Of a stretch of DNA of 64,000 bases, positions 40,894-62,665 are shown one piece after another. Position 1 is the first letter of the stretch. Each line of letters begins with the position of its first letter. This DNA comes from the human T2T-CHM13v2.0 reference genome, Homo sapiens. The notes beneath the pieces were generated by a model. That model worked only from the letters and a program-made list of their open reading frames with translations, ran no database searches and had not been told where the DNA came from. Where the stretch lies: assembly GCF_009914755.1 (NCBI RefSeq), contig NC_060948.1; one strand, given 5' to 3'. The translations under genes were made by a program, and so were the position numbers.

Positions 40894-42997
40894 AGATCCA
40901 TATTTTTTAAATGAAAAAAAATTTCAAAGGTACTCTGCTTGGTACAATAATCAAATGTATAAACTGAGGAATAAAACATAACCATGAAACCTACTTATAA
41001 CTGCATATGGAAAATACAGAGGATAATTTTTTAAATAACATATTTTGAAAGCCTTAACTAGTAATTTGAAGAGTTGGCATTTGAAAGGCCAGTATGAATA
41101 TACCTTCAAAGCAGCAACACAGGTTCCCCATGAGAAAAAGCAAACACAGGGAAAATAAAAACACAAAGGTTCAATCTCTTCTGACCTTTGAAAGACACAG
41201 CACAGACAGTGGTCCTTAGGACGAAGAGCAGGAGACCCCTAATTCCGTCACCATGGCGATAGGGCATAAACATTGCTGGGTGAGGGCACAATCCACATTG
41301 TGAGGTCCAACTGCTGCCAGGAAGACAGGAGTGCTTTTACATAGACCGAAAGGTCATTGAAGGCTCAGAGTTTTGTTTCAAGAACTGAATCCCAAGCCCA
41401 CACGTTATTAGGCTGCGCTTCTTAAAACAAGTTATGAGATGGGAAAAAGGGCACCCACAAACATACGTATACATTATGTATATAATAATATACAGTATCA
41501 TATATATAATATATATAACCTATGTATAATATTGTTTTACATCCTGCATCTTATGTTATATATATTGTATAAAATATAATAATTGATAATATATAAGTTT
41601 TATAATTATACAATATGACATATAGTATATATTATAATTTATGACATATATAATATATGTTATATATCATATATAGAGTATATTATACGGTTAATATACG
41701 TATTAAATATAAATTATACATTATATATATTATATATAATATATCTGTTATATATAATACCCATTATGCATAATATATATATTATGTCTATGTTATATAT
41801 AGTATAAAACAACATATAATAATATATAATTGTATATATAAAATGCGACATATAATATATATTATATTTTATAACATATGTAATATATATTATATATTAT
41901 CTATAATACGTTGTATGTATAATACCTATATTAAATATATATTATATGACTATGTTATTAATTACATGTCACATGTGTTATATATTATATATTTTAAATA
42001 GAATATACCGGTTACATACAATATATACTATGTTACCTATAATGTATAATTTATTACATGTAAAATAAGGAATGCAATATATTATGTATAATTTATAATA
42101 TACAATATGTGGAATGTGATATATATAACATATAATATATGATATATGATATACAGTATATGATATATAACATACAATATATGATTCCTAATATATATGG
42201 TATACAATATATATTTTATGATATGTATTCTATATGTTTTATATTCTGTTATATATAACTATTTGAAATTATATATAACTGTATAATATTTTATGTAATA
42301 TGTAATATAATATATATAACTATATAATATATTATATATAACTATATATTATGTTATATATACTTTTATAACATAATTTACATAAAATATCATAATATAA
42401 TATATATTATATTATTTCATATTACATAATATATATTACATATCACCCAATATAACTAACGTACATAATATTATAATATAGATTATATTATGTTATATTA
42501 AATATCATATATATCATGTATCATATATTCTATAGTATATATTACACATTATATAATATGTATGTTGTCTATTATGTGATATATATAACTATATATATAA
42601 TTATATTTTTATACATATAACTAGATAAACATGTAATTCTACATATTTTCATTTATAATATGTAGAATTATATAATCATATATAATTATTTATATTCTAT
42701 AAAAAATTTTATCATTATATGAATTATAATATATAAAAATTATAATATGTACTACAAATATATATATTATATATCATATATGATATAGTACCTTTGTTAT
42801 ATATCATAATACATATAAATGTGTATTATGTTATCTATAATTATATAATTTCATATATAAGATGTATAATATGTATCATATATTATATATGTTATGTAAT
42901 ATATATAGTATATATAAGATGACACAGGATAAATATTATATACTATGACATATAAAATATATGAGGTTATATGTTACATATAATGCATAGCACATAA

Positions 42998-43312
<315 letters not shown>

Positions 43313-45417
43313 AGATCCGTATTTTTTAAATGAAAAAAAATTTCAAAAGTACTCTGCTTGGTACAATAATCAAATGTATAAACTGAGGAATAAAACATAA
43401 CCATGAAACCTACTTATAACTGCATATGGAAAATACAGAGGATAATTTTTTAAATAACATATTTTGAAAGCCTTAACTAGTAATTTGAAGAGTTGGCATT
43501 TGAAAGGCCAGTATGAATATACCTTCAAAGCAGCAACACAGGTTCCCCATGAGAAAAAGCAAACTCAGGGAAAATAAAACCACAAAGGTTCAATCTCTTC
43601 TGACCTTTGAAAGACACAGCACAGACAGTGGTCCTTAGGACGAAGAGCAGGAGACCCCTAATTCCGTCACCATGGCGATAGGGCATAAACATTGCTGGGT
43701 GAGGGCACAATCCACATTGTGAGGTCCAACTGCTGCCAGGAAGACAGGAGTGCTTTTACATAGACCGAAAGGTCATTGAAGGCTCAGAGTTTTGTTTCAA
43801 GAACTGAATCCCAAGCCCACACGTTATTAGGCTGCGCTTCTTAAAACAAGTTATGAGATGGGAAAAAGGGCACCCACAAACATACGTATACATTATGTAT
43901 ATAATAATATACAGTATCATATATATAATATATATAACCTATGTATAATATTGTTTTACATCCTGCATCTTATGTTATATATATTGTATAAAATATAATA
44001 ATTGATAATATATAAGTTTTATAATTATACAATATGACATATAGTATATATTATAATTTATGACATATATAATATATGTTATATATCATATATAGAATAT
44101 ATTATACGGTTAATATACGTATTAAATATAAATTATACATTATATATATTATATATAATATATCTGTTATATATAATACCCATTATGCATAATATATATA
44201 TTATGTCTATGTTATATATAGTATAAAACAACATATAATAATATATAATTGTATATATAAAATGCGACATATAATATATATTATATTTTATAACATATGT
44301 AATATATATTATATATTATATATAATACGTTGTATGTATAATACCTATATTAAATATATATTATATGACTATGTTATTAATTACATGTCACATGTGTTAT
44401 ATATTATATATTTTACATAGAATATACCGGTTAGATACAATATATACTATGTTACCTATAATGTATAATTTATTACATGTAAAATAAAGAATGCAATATA
44501 TTATGTATAATTTATAATATACAATATGTGGAATGTGATATATATAACATATAATATATGATATATGATATACAGTATATGATATATAACATACAATATA
44601 TGATTCCTAATATATATGGTATACAATATATATTTTATGATATGTATTCTATATGTTTTATATTCTGTTATATATAACTATTTGAAATTATATATAACTG
44701 TATAATATTTTATGTAAATATGTAATATAATATATATAACTATATAATATATTATATATAACTATATATTATGTTATATATACTTTTATAACATAATTTA
44801 CATAAAATATCATAATATAATATATATTATATTATTTCATATTACATAATATATATTACATATCACCCAATATAACTAACATACATAATATTATAATATA
44901 GATTATATTATGTTATATTAAATATCATATATATCATGTATCATATATTCTATAATATATATTACACTTTATATATTATGTATGTTGTCTATTATGTGAT
45001 ATATATAACTATATATATAATTATATTTTTATACATATAACTAGATAACCATGTAATTCTACATATTTTCATTTATAATATGTAGAATTATATAATCATA
45101 TATAATTATTTATATTCTATAAAAAATTTTATCATTATATAAATTATAATATATAAAAATTATAATATGTACTACAAATATATATATTATATATCATATA
45201 TGATATAGTACCTTTGTTATATATCATAATACATATAAATGTGTATTATGTTATCTATAATTATATAATTTCATATATAAGGTGTATAATATGTATCATA
45301 TATTATATATGTTATGTAATATATATAGTATATATAAGATGACACAGGATAAATATTATATACTATGACATATAAAATATATGAGGTTATATGTTACATA
45401 TAAGGCATAGCACATAA

Positions 45418-45732
<315 letters not shown>

Positions 45733-47835
45733 AGATCCATATTTTTTAAATGAAAAAAAATTTCAAAGGTACTCTGCTTGGTACAATAATCAAATGTATA
45801 AACTGAGGAATAAAACATAACCATGAAACCTACTTATAACTGCATATGGAAAATACAGAGGATAATTTTTTAAATAACATATTTTGAAAGCCTTAACTAG
45901 TAATTTGAAGAGTTGGCATTTGAAAGGCCAGTATGAATATACCTTCAAAGCAGCAACACAGGTTCCCCATGAGAAAAAGCAAACACAGGGAAAATAAAAA
46001 CACAAAGGTTCAATCTCTTCTGACCTTTGAAAGACACAGCACAGACAGTGGTCCTTAGGACGAAGAGCAGGAGACCCCTAATTCCGTCACCATGGCGATA
46101 GGGCATAAACATTGCTGGGTGAGGGCACAATCCACATTGTGAGGTCCAACTGCTGCCAGGAAGACAGGAGTGCTTTTACATAGACCGAAAGGTCATTGAA
46201 GGCTCAGAGTTTTGTTTCAAGAACTGAATCCCAAGCCCACACGTTATTAGGCTGCGCTTCTTAAAACAAGTTATGAGATGGGAAAAAGGGCACCCACAAA
46301 CATACGTATACATTATGTATATAATAATATACAGTATCATATATATAATATATATAACCTATGTATAATATTGTTTTACATCCTGCATCTTATGTTATAT
46401 ATATTGTATAAAATATAATAATTGATAATATATAAGTTTTATAATTATACAATATGACATATAGTATATATTATAATTTATGACATATATAATATATGTT
46501 ATATATCATATATAGAATATAGTATACGGTTAATATACGTATTAAATATAAATTATACATTATATATATTATATATAATATATCTGTTATATATAATACC
46601 CATTATGCATAATATATATATTATGTCTATGTTATATATAGTATAAAACAACATATAATAATATATAATTGTATATATAAAATGCGACATATAATATATA
46701 TTATATTTTATAACATATGTAATATATATTATATATTATATATAATACGTTGTATGTATAATACCTATATTAAATATATATTATATGACTATGTTATTAA
46801 TTACATGTCACATGTGTTATATATTATATATTTTACATAGAATATACCGGTTACATACAATATATACTATGTTACCTATAATGTATAATTTATTACATGT
46901 AAAATAAAGAATGCAATATATTATGTATAATTTATAATATACAATATGTGGAATGTGATATATATAACATATAATATATGATATATGATATACAGTATAT
47001 GATATATAACATACAATATATGATTCCTAATATATATGGTATACAATATATATTTTATGATATGTATTCTATATGTTTTATATTCTGTTATATATAACTA
47101 TTTGAAATTATATATAACTGTATAATATTTTATGTAAATATGTAATATAATATATATAACTATATAATATATTATATATAACTATATATTATGTTATGTA
47201 TACTTTTATAACATAATTTACAAAAAATATCATAATATAATATATATTATATTATTTCATATTACATAATATATATTACATATCACCCAATATAACTAAC
47301 ATACATAATATTATAATATAGATTATATTATGTTATATTAAATATCATATATATCATGTATCATATATTCTATAATATATATTACACATTATATAATATG
47401 TATGCTGTCTATTATGTGATATATATAACTATATATAATTATATTTTTATACATATAACTAGATAAACATGTAATTCTACATATTTTCATTTATAATATG
47501 TAGAATTATATAATCATATATAATTATTTATATTCTATAAAAAATTTTATCATTATATAAATTATAATATATAAAAATTATAATATGTACTACAAATATA
47601 TATATTATATATCATATATGATATAGTACCTTTGTTATATATCATAATACATATAAATGTGTATTATGTTATCTATAATTATATAATTTCATATATAAGG
47701 TGTATAATATGTATCATATATTATATATGTTATGTAATATATATAGTATATATAAGATGACACAGGATAAATATTATATACTATGACATATAAAATATAT
47801 GAGGTTATATGTTACATATAAGGCATAGCACATAA

Positions 47836-48150
<315 letters not shown>

Positions 48151-50254
48151 AGATCCATATTTTTTAAATGAAAAAAAATTTCAAAGGTACTCTGCTTGGT
48201 ACAATAATCAAATGTATAAACTGAGGAATAAAACATAACCATGAAACCTACTTATAACTGCATATGGAAAATACAGAGGATAATTTTTTAAATAACATAT
48301 TTTGAAAGCCTTAACTAGTAATTTGAAGAGTTGGCATTTGAAAGGCCAGTATGAATATACCTTCAAAGCAGCAACACAGGTTCCCCATGAGAAAAAGCAA
48401 ACACAGGGAAAATAAAAACACAAAGGTTCAATCTCTTCTGACCTTTGAAAGACACAGCACAGACAGTGGTCCTTAGGACGAAGAGCAGGAGACCCCTAAT
48501 TCCGTCACCATGGCGATAGGGCATAAACATTGCTGGGTGAGGGCACAATCCACATTGTGAGGTCCAACTGCTGCCAGGAAGACAGGAGTGCTTTTACATA
48601 GACCGAAAGGTCATTGAAGGCTCAGAGTTTTGTTTCAAGAACTGAATCCCAAGCCCACACGTTATTAGGCTGCGCTTCTTAAAACAAGTTATGAGATGGG
48701 AAAAAGGGCACCCACAAACATACGTATACATTATGTATATAATAATATACAGTATCATATATATAATATATATAACCTATGTATAATATTGTTTTACATC
48801 CTGCATCTTATGTTATATATATTGTATAAAATATAATAATTGATAATATATAAGTTTTATAATTATACAATATGACATATAGTATATATTATAATTTATG
48901 ACATATATAATATATGTTATATATCATATATAGAGTATATTATACGGTTAATATACGTATTAAATATAAATTATACATTATATATATTATATATAATATA
49001 TCTGTTATATATAATACCCATTATGCATAATATATATATTATGTCTATGTTATATATAGTATAAAACAACATATAATAATATATAATTGTATATATAAAA
49101 TGCGACATATAATATATATTATATTTTATAACATATGTAATATATATTATATATTATCTATAATACGTTGTATGTATAATACCTATATTAAATATATATT
49201 ATATGACTATGTTATTAATTACATGTCACATGTGTTATATATTATATATTTTAAATAGAATATACCGGTTACATACAATATATACTATGTTACCTATAAT
49301 GTATAATTTATTACATGTAAAATAAGGAATGCAATATATTATGTATAATTTATAATATACAATATGTGGAATGTGATATATATAACATATAATATATGAT
49401 ATATGATATACAGTATATGATATATAACATACAATATATGATTCCTAATATATATGGTATACAATATATATTTTATGATATGTATTCTATATGTTTTATA
49501 TTCTGTTATATATAACTATTTGAAATTATATATAACTGTATAATATTTTATGTAATATGTAATATAATATATATAACTATATAATATATTATATATAACT
49601 ATATATTATGTTATATATACTTTTATAACATAATTTACATAAAATATCATAATATAATATATATTATATTATTTCATATTACATAATATATATTACATAT
49701 CACCCAATATAACTAACGTACATAATATTATAATATAGATTATATTATGTTATATTAAATATCATATATATCATGTATCATATATTCTATAGTATATATT
49801 ACACATTATATAATATGTATGTTGTCTATTATGTGATATATATAACTATATATATAATTATATTTTTATACATATAACTAGATAAACATGTAATTCTACA
49901 TATTTTCATTTATAATATGTAGAATTATATAATCATATATAATTATTTATATTCTATAAAAAATTTTATCATTATATGAATTATAATATATAAAAATTAT
50001 AATATGTACTACAAATATATATATTATATATCATATATGATATAGTACCTTTGTTATATATCATAATACATATAAATGTGTATTATGTTATCTATAATTA
50101 TATAATTTCATATATAAGATGTATAATATGTATCATATATTATATATGTTATGTAATATATATAGTATATATAAGATGACACAGGATAAATATTATATAC
50201 TATGACATATAAAATATATGAGGTTATATGTTACATATAATGCATAGCACATAA

Positions 50255-50569
<315 letters not shown>

Positions 50570-52674
50570 AGATCCGTATTTTTTAAATGAAAAAAAATTT
50601 CAAAGGTACTCTGCTTGGTACAATAATCAAATGTATAAACTGAGGAATAAAACATAACCATGAAACCTACTTATAACTGCATATGGAAAATACAGAGGAT
50701 AATTTTTTAAATAACATATTTTGAAAGCCTTAACTAGTAATTTGAAGAGTTGGCATTTGAAAGGCCAGTATGAATATACCTTCAAAGCAGCAACACAGGT
50801 TCCCCATGAGAAAAAGCAAACTCAGGGAAAATAAAACCACAAAGGTTCAATCTCTTCTGACCTTTGAAAGACACAGCACAGACAGTGGTCCTTAGGACGA
50901 AGAGCAGGAGACCCCTAATTCCGTCACCATGGCGATAGGGCATAAACATTGCTGGGTGAGGGCACAATCCACATTGTGAGGTCCAACTGCTGCCAGGAAG
51001 ACAGGAGTGCTTTTACATAGACCGAAAGGTCATTGAAGGCTCAGAGTTTTGTTTCAAGAACTGAATCCCAAGCCCACACGTTATTAGGCTGCGCTTCTTA
51101 AAACAAGTTATGAGATGGGAAAAAGGGCACCCACAAACATACGTATACATTATGTATATAATAATATACAGTATCATATATATAATATATATAACCTATG
51201 TATAATATTGTTTTACATCCTGCATCTTATGTTATATATATTGTATAAAATATAATAATTGATAATATATAAGTTTTATAATTATACAATATGACATATA
51301 GTATATATTATAATTTATGACATATATAATATATGTTATATATCATATATAGAATATATTATACGGTTAATATACGTATTAAATATAAATTATACATTAT
51401 ATATATTATATATAATATATCTGTTATATATAATACCCATTATGCATAATATATATATTATGTCTATGTTATATATAGTATAAAACAACATATAATAATA
51501 TATAATTGTATATATAAAATGCGACATATAATATATATTATATTTTATAACATATGTAATATATATTATATATTATATATAATACGTTGTATGTATAATA
51601 CCTATATTAAATATATATTATATGACTATGTTATTAATTACATGTCACATGTGTTATATATTATATATTTTACATAGAATATACCGGTTAGATACAATAT
51701 ATACTATGTTACCTATAATGTATAATTTATTACATGTAAAATAAAGAATGCAATATATTATGTATAATTTATAATATACAATATGTGGAATGTGATATAT
51801 ATAACATATAATATATGATATATGATATACAGTATATGATATATAACATACAATATATGATTCCTAATATATATGGTATACAATATATATTTTATGATAT
51901 GTATTCTATATGTTTTATATTCTGTTATATATAACTATTTGAAATTATATATAACTGTATAATATTTTATGTAAATATGTAATATAATATATATAACTAT
52001 ATAATATATTATATATAACTATATATTATGTTATATATACTTTTATAACATAATTTACATAAAATATCATAATATAATATATATTATATTATTTCATATT
52101 ACATAATATATATTACATATCACCCAATATAACTAACATACATAATATTATAATATAGATTATATTATGTTATATTAAATATCATATATATCATGTATCA
52201 TATATTCTATAATATATATTACACTTTATATATTATGTATGTTGTCTATTATGTGATATATATAACTATATATATAATTATATTTTTATACATATAACTA
52301 GATAACCATGTAATTCTACATATTTTCATTTATAATATGTAGAATTATATAATCATATATAATTATTTATATTCTATAAAAAATTTTATCATTATATAAA
52401 TTATAATATATAAAAATTATAATATGTACTACAAATATATATATTATATATCATATATGATATAGTACCTTTGTTATATATCATAATACATATAAATGTG
52501 TATTATGTTATCTATAATTATATAATTTCATATATAAGGTGTATAATATGTATCATATATTATATATGTTATGTAATATATATAGTATATATAAGATGAC
52601 ACAGGATAAATATTATATACTATGACATATAAAATATATGAGGTTATATGTTACATATAAGGCATAGCACATAA

Positions 52675-52989
<315 letters not shown>

Positions 52990-55092
52990 AGATCCATATT
53001 TTTTAAATGAAAAAAAATTTCAAAGGTACTCTGCTTGGTACAATAATCAAATGTATAAACTGAGGAATAAAACATAACCATGAAACCTACTTATAACTGC
53101 AAATGGAAAATACAGAGGATAATTTTTTAAATAACATATTTTGAAAGCCTTAACTAGTAATTTGAAGAGTTGGCATTTGAAAGGCCAGTATGAATATACC
53201 TTCAAAGCAGCAACACAGGTTCCCCATGAGAAAAAGCAAACACAGGGAAAATAAAAACACAAAGGTTCAATCTCTTCTGACCTTTGAAAGACACAGCACA
53301 GACAGTGGTCCTTAGGACGAAGAGCAGGAGACCCCTAATTCCGTCACCATGGCGATAGGGCATAAACATTGCTGGGTGAGGGCACAATCCACATTGTGAG
53401 GTCCAACTGCTGCCAGGAAGACAGGAGTGCTTTTACATAGACCGAAAGGTCATTGAAGGCTCAGAGTTTTGTTTCAAGAACTGAATCCCAAGCCCACACG
53501 TTATTAGGCTGCGCTTCTTAAAACAAGTTATGAGATGGGAAAAAGGGCACCCACAAACATACGTATACATTATGTATATAATAATATACAGTATCATATA
53601 TATAATATATATAACCTATGTATAATATTGTTTTACATCCTGCATCTTATGTTATATATATTGTATAAAATATAATAATTGATAATATATAAGTTTTATA
53701 ATTATACAATATGACATATAGTATATATTATAATTTATGACATATATAATATATGTTATATATCATATATAGAATATAGTATACGGTTAATATACGTATT
53801 AAATATAAATTATACATTATATATATTATATATAATATATCTGTTATATATAATACCCATTATGCATAATATATATATTATGTCTATGTTATATATAGTA
53901 TAAAACAACATATAATAATATATAATTGTATATATAAAATGCGACATATAATATATATTATATTTTATAACATATGTAATATATATTATATATTATATAT
54001 AATACGTTGTATGTATAATACCTATATTAAATATATATTATATGACTATGTTATTAATTACATGTCACATGTGTTATATATTATATATTTTACATAGAAT
54101 ATACCGGTTACATACAATATATACTATGTTACCTATAATGTATAATTTATTACATGTAAAATAAAGAATGCAATATATTATGTATAATTTATAATATACA
54201 ATATGTGGAATGTGATATATATAACATATAATATATGATATATGATATACAGTATATGATATATAACATACAATATATGATTCCTAATATATATGGTATA
54301 CAATATATATTTTATGATATGTATTCTATATGTTTTATATTCTGTTATATATAACTATTTGAAATTATATATAACTGTATAATATTTTATGTAAATATGT
54401 AATATAATATATATAACTATATAATATATTATATATAACTATATATTATGTTATGTATACTTTTATAACATAATTTACAAAAAATATCATAATATAATAT
54501 ATATTATATTATTTCATATTACATAATATATATTACATATCACCCAATATAACTAACATACATAATATTATAATATAGATTATATTATGTTATATTAAAT
54601 ATCATATATATCATGTATCATATATTCTATAATATATATTACACATTATATAATATGTATGCTGTCTATTATGTGATATATATAACTATATATAATTATA
54701 TTTTTATACATATAACTAGATAAACATGTAATTCTACATATTTTCATTTATAATATGTAGAATTATATAATCATATATAATTATTTATATTCTATAAAAA
54801 ATTTTATCATTATATAAATTATAATATATAAAAATTATAATATGTACTACAAATATATATATTATATATCATATATGATATAGTACCTTTGTTATATATC
54901 ATAATACATATAAATGTGTATTATGTTATCTGTAATTATATAATTTCATATATAAGGTGTATAATATGTATCATATATTATATATGTTATGTAATATATA
55001 TAGTATATATAAGATGACACAGGATAAATATTATATACTATGACATATAAAATATATGAGGTTATATGTTACATATAAGGCATAGCACATAA

Positions 55093-55407
<315 letters not shown>

Positions 55408-57511
55408 AGATCCATATTTTTTAAATGAAAAAAAATTTCAAAGGTACTCTGCTTGGTACAATAATCAAATGTATAAACTGAGGAATAAAACATAACCATG
55501 AAACCTACTTATAACTGCATATGGAAAATACAGAGGATAATTTTTTAAATAACATATTTTGAAAGCCTTAACTAGTAATTTGAAGAGTTGGCATTTGAAA
55601 GGCCAGTATGAATATACCTTCAAAGCAGCAACACAGGTTCCCCATGAGAAAAAGCAAACACAGGGAAAATAAAAACACAAAGGTTCAATCTCTTCTGACC
55701 TTTGAAAGACACAGCACAGACAGTGGTCCTTAGGACGAAGAGCAGGAGACCCCTAATTCCGTCACCATGGCGATAGGGCATAAACATTGCTGGGTGAGGG
55801 CACAATCCACATTGTGAGGTCCAACTGCTGCCAGGAAGACAGGAGTGCTTTTACATAGACCGAAAGGTCATTGAAGGCTCAGAGTTTTGTTTCAAGAACT
55901 GAATCCCAAGCCCACACGTTATTAGGCTGCGCTTCTTAAAACAAGTTATGAGATGGGAAAAAGGGCACCCACAAACATACGTATACATTATGTATATAAT
56001 AATATACAGTATCATATATATAATATATATAACCTATGTATAATATTGTTTTACATCCTGCATCTTATGTTATATATATTGTATAAAATATAATAATTGA
56101 TAATATATAAGTTTTATAATTATACAATATGACATATAGTATATATTATAATTTATGACATATATAATATATGTTATATATCATATATAGAGTATATTAT
56201 ACGGTTAATATACGTATTAAATATAAATTATACATTATATATATTATATATAATATATCTGTTATATATAATACCCATTATGCATAATATATATATTATG
56301 TCTATGTTATATATAGTATAAAACAACATATAATAATATATAATTGTATATATAAAATGCGACATATAATATATATTATATTTTATAACATATGTAATAT
56401 ATATTATATATTATCTATAATACGTTGTATGTATAATACCTATATTAAATATATATTATATGACTATGTTATTAATTACATGTCACATGTGTTATATATT
56501 ATATATTTTAAATAGAATATACCGGTTACATACAATATATACTATGTTACCTATAATGTATAATTTATTACATGTAAAATAAGGAATGCAATATATTATG
56601 TATAATTTATAATATACAATATGTGGAATGTGATATATATAACATATAATATATGATATATGATATACAGTATATGATATATAACATACAATATATGATT
56701 CCTAATATATATGGTATACAATATATATTTTATGATATGTATTCTATATGTTTTATATTCTGTTATATATAACTATTTGAAATTATATATAACTGTATAA
56801 TATTTTATGTAATATGTAATATAATATATATAACTATATAATATATTATATATAACTATATATTATGTTATATATACTTTTATAACATAATTTACATAAA
56901 ATATCATAATATAATATATATTATATTATTTCATATTACATAATATATATTACATATCACCCAATATAACTAACGTACATAATATTATAATATAGATTAT
57001 ATTATGTTATATTAAATATCATATATATCATGTATCATATATTCTATAGTATATATTATACATTATATAATATGTATGTTGTCTATTATGTGATATATAT
57101 AACTATATATATAATTATATTTTTATACATATAACTAGATAAACATGTAATTCTACATATTTTCATTTATAATATGTAGAATTATATAATCATATATAAT
57201 TATTTATATTCTATAAAAAATTTTATCATTATATGAATTATAATATATAAAAATTATAATATGTACTACAAATATATATATTATATATCATATATGATAT
57301 AGTACCTTTGTTATATATCATAATACATATAAATGTGTATTATGTTATCTATAATTATATAATTTCATATATAAGATGTATAATATGTATCATATATTAT
57401 ATATGTTATGTAATATATATAGTATATATAAGATGACACAGGATAAATATTATATACTATGACATATAAAATATATGAGGTTATATGTTACATATAATGC
57501 ATAGCACATAA

Positions 57512-57826
<315 letters not shown>

Positions 57827-59931
57827 AGATCCGTATTTTTTAAATGAAAAAAAATTTCAAAGGTACTCTGCTTGGTACAATAATCAAATGTATAAACTGA
57901 GGAATAAAACATAACCATGAAACCTACTTATAACTGCATATGGAAAATACAGAGGATAATTTTTTAAATAACATATTTTGAAAGCCTTAACTAGTAATTT
58001 GAAGAGTTGGCATTTGAAAGGCCAGTATGAATATACCTTCAAAGCAGCAACACAGGTTCCCCATGAGAAAAAGCAAACTCAGGGAAAATAAAACCACAAA
58101 GGTTCAATCTCTTCTGACCTTTGAAAGACACAGCACAGACAGTGGTCCTTAGGACGAAGAGCAGGAGACCCCTAATTCCGTCACCATGGCGATAGGGCAT
58201 AAACATTGCTGGGTGAGGGCACAATCCACATTGTGAGGTCCAACTGCTGCCAGGAAGACAGGAGTGCTTTTACATAGACCGAAAGGTCATTGAAGGCTCA
58301 GAGTTTTGTTTCAAGAACTGAATCCCAAGCCCACACGTTATTAGGCTGCGCTTCTTAAAACAAGTTATGAGATGGGAAAAAGGGCACCCACAAACATACG
58401 TATACATTATGTATATAATAATATACAGTATCATATATATAATATATATAACCTATGTATAATATTGTTTTACATCCTGCATCTTATGTTATATATATTG
58501 TATAAAATATAATAATTGATAATATATAAGTTTTATAATTATACAATATGACATATAGTATATATTATAATTTATGACATATATAATATATGTTATATAT
58601 CATATATAGAATATATTATACGGTTAATATACGTATTAAATATAAATTATACATTATATATATTATATATAATATATCTGTTATATATAATACCCATTAT
58701 GCATAATATATATATTATGTCTATGTTATATATAGTATAAAACAACATATAATAATATATAATTGTATATATAAAATGCGACATATAATATATATTATAT
58801 TTTATAACATATGTAATATATATTATATATTATATATAATACGTTGTATGTATAATACCTATATTAAATATATATTATATGACTATGTTATTAATTACAT
58901 GTCACATGTGTTATATATTATATATTTTACATAGAATATACCGGTTAGATACAATATATACTATGTTACCTATAATGTATAATTTATTACATGTAAAATA
59001 AAGAATGCAATATATTATGTATAATTTATAATATACAATATGTGGAATGTGATATATATAACATATAATATATGATATATGATATACAGTATATGATATA
59101 TAACATACAATATATGATTCCTAATATATATGGTATACAATATATATTTTATGATATGTATTCTATATGTTTTATATTCTGTTATATATAACTATTTGAA
59201 ATTATATATAACTGTATAATATTTTATGTAAATATGTAATATAATATATATAACTATATAATATATTATATATAACTATATATTATGTTATATATACTTT
59301 TATAACATAATTTACATAAAATATCATAATATAATATATATTATATTATTTCATATTACATAATATATATTACATATCACCCAATATAACTAACATACAT
59401 AATATTATAATATAGATTATATTATGTTATATTAAATATCATATATATCATGTATCATATATTCTATAATATATATTACACTTTATATAATATGTATGTT
59501 GTCTATTATGTGATATATATAACTATATATATAATTATATTTTTATACATATAACTAGATAACCATGTAATTCTACATATTTTCATTTATAATATGTAGA
59601 ATTATATAATCATATATAATTATTTATATTCTATAAAAAATTTTATCATTATATAAATTATAATATATAAAAATTATAATATGTACTACAAATATATATA
59701 TTATATATCATATATGATATAGTACCTTTGTTATATATCATAATACATATAAATGTGTATTATGTTATCTATAATTATATAATTTCATATATAAGGTGTA
59801 TAATATGTATCATATATTATATATGTTATGTAATATATATAGTATATATAAGATGACACAGGATAAATATTATATACTATGACATATAAAATATATGAGG
59901 TTATATGTTACATATAAGGCATAGCACATAA

Positions 59932-60246
<315 letters not shown>

Positions 60247-62350
60247 AGATCCATATTTTTTAAATGAAAAAAAATTTCAAAGGTACTCTGCTTGGTACAA
60301 TAATCAAATGTATAAACTGAGGAATAAAACATAACCATGAAACCTACTTATAACTGCATATGGAAAATACAGAGGATAATTTTTTAAATAACATATTTTG
60401 AAAGCCTTAACTAGTAATTTGAAGAGTTGGCATTTGAAAGGCCAGTATGAATATACCTTCAAAGCAGCAACACAGGTTCCCCATGAGAAAAAGCAAACAC
60501 AGGGAAAATAAAAACACAAAGGTTCAATCTCTTCTGACCTTTGAAAGACACAGCACAGACAGTGGTCCTTAGGACGAAGAGCAGGAGACCCCTAATTCCG
60601 TCACCATGGCGATAGGGCATAAACATTGCTGGGTGAGGGCACAATCCACATTGTGAGGTCCAACTGCTGCCAGGAAGACAGGAGTGCTTTTACATAGACC
60701 GAAAGGTCATTGAAGGCTCAGAGTTTTGTTTCAAGAACTGAATCCCAAGCCCACACGTTATTAGGCTGCGCTTCTTAAAACAAGTTATGAGATGGGAAAA
60801 AGGGCACCCACAAACATACGTATACATTATGTATATAATAATATACAGTATCATATATATAATATATATAACCTATGTATAATATTGTTTTACATCCTGC
60901 ATCTTATGTTATATATATTGTATAAAATATAATAATTGATAATATATAAGTTTTATAATTATACAATATGACATATAGTATATATTATAATTTATGACAT
61001 ATATAATATATGTTATATATCATATATAGAGTATATTATACGGTTAATATACGTATTAAATATAAATTATACATTATATATATTATATATAATATATCTG
61101 TTATATATAATACCCATTATGCATAATATATATATTATGTCTATGTTATATATAGTATAAAACAACATATAATAATATATAATTGTATATATAAAATGCG
61201 ACATATAATATATATTATATTTTATAACATATGTAATATATATTATATATTATCTATAATACGTTGTATGTATAATACCTATATTAAATATATATTATAT
61301 GACTATGTTATTAATTACATGTCACATGTGTTATATATTATATATTTTAAATAGAATATACCGGTTACATACAATATATACTATGTTACCTATAATGTAT
61401 AATTTATTACATGTAAAATAAGGAATGCAATATATTATGTATAATTTATAATATACAATATGTGGAATGTGATATATATAACATATAATATATGATATAT
61501 GATATACAGTATATGATATATAACATACAATATATGATTCCTAATATATATGGTATACAATATATATTTTATGATATGTATTCTATATGTTTTATATTCT
61601 GTTATATATAACTATTTGAAATTATATATAACTGTATAATATTTTATGTAATATGTAATATAATATATATAACTATATAATATATTATATATAACTATAT
61701 ATTATGTTATATATACTTTTATAACATAATTTACATAAAATATCATAATATAATATATATTATATTATTTCATATTACATAATATATATTACATATCACC
61801 CAATATAACTAACGTACATAATATTATAATATAGATTATATTATGTTATATTAAATATCATATATATCATGTATCATATATTCTATAGTATATATTATAC
61901 ATTATATAATATGTATGTTGTCTATTATGTGATATATATAACTATATATATAATTATATTTTTATACATATAACTAGATAAACATGTAATTCTACATATT
62001 TTCATTTATAATATGTAGAATTATATAATCATATATAATTATTTATATTCTATAAAAAATTTTATCATTATATGAATTATAATATATAAAAATTATAATA
62101 TGTACTACAAATATATATATTATATATCATATATGATATAGTACCTTTGTTATATATCATAATACATATAAATGTGTATTATGTTATCTATAATTATATA
62201 ATTTCATATATAAGATGTATAATATGTATCATATATTATATATGTTATGTAATATATATAGTATATATAAGATGACACAGGATAAATATTATATACTATG
62301 ACATATAAAATATATGAGGTTATATGTTACATATAATGCATAGCACATAA

Positions 62351-62665
<315 letters not shown>
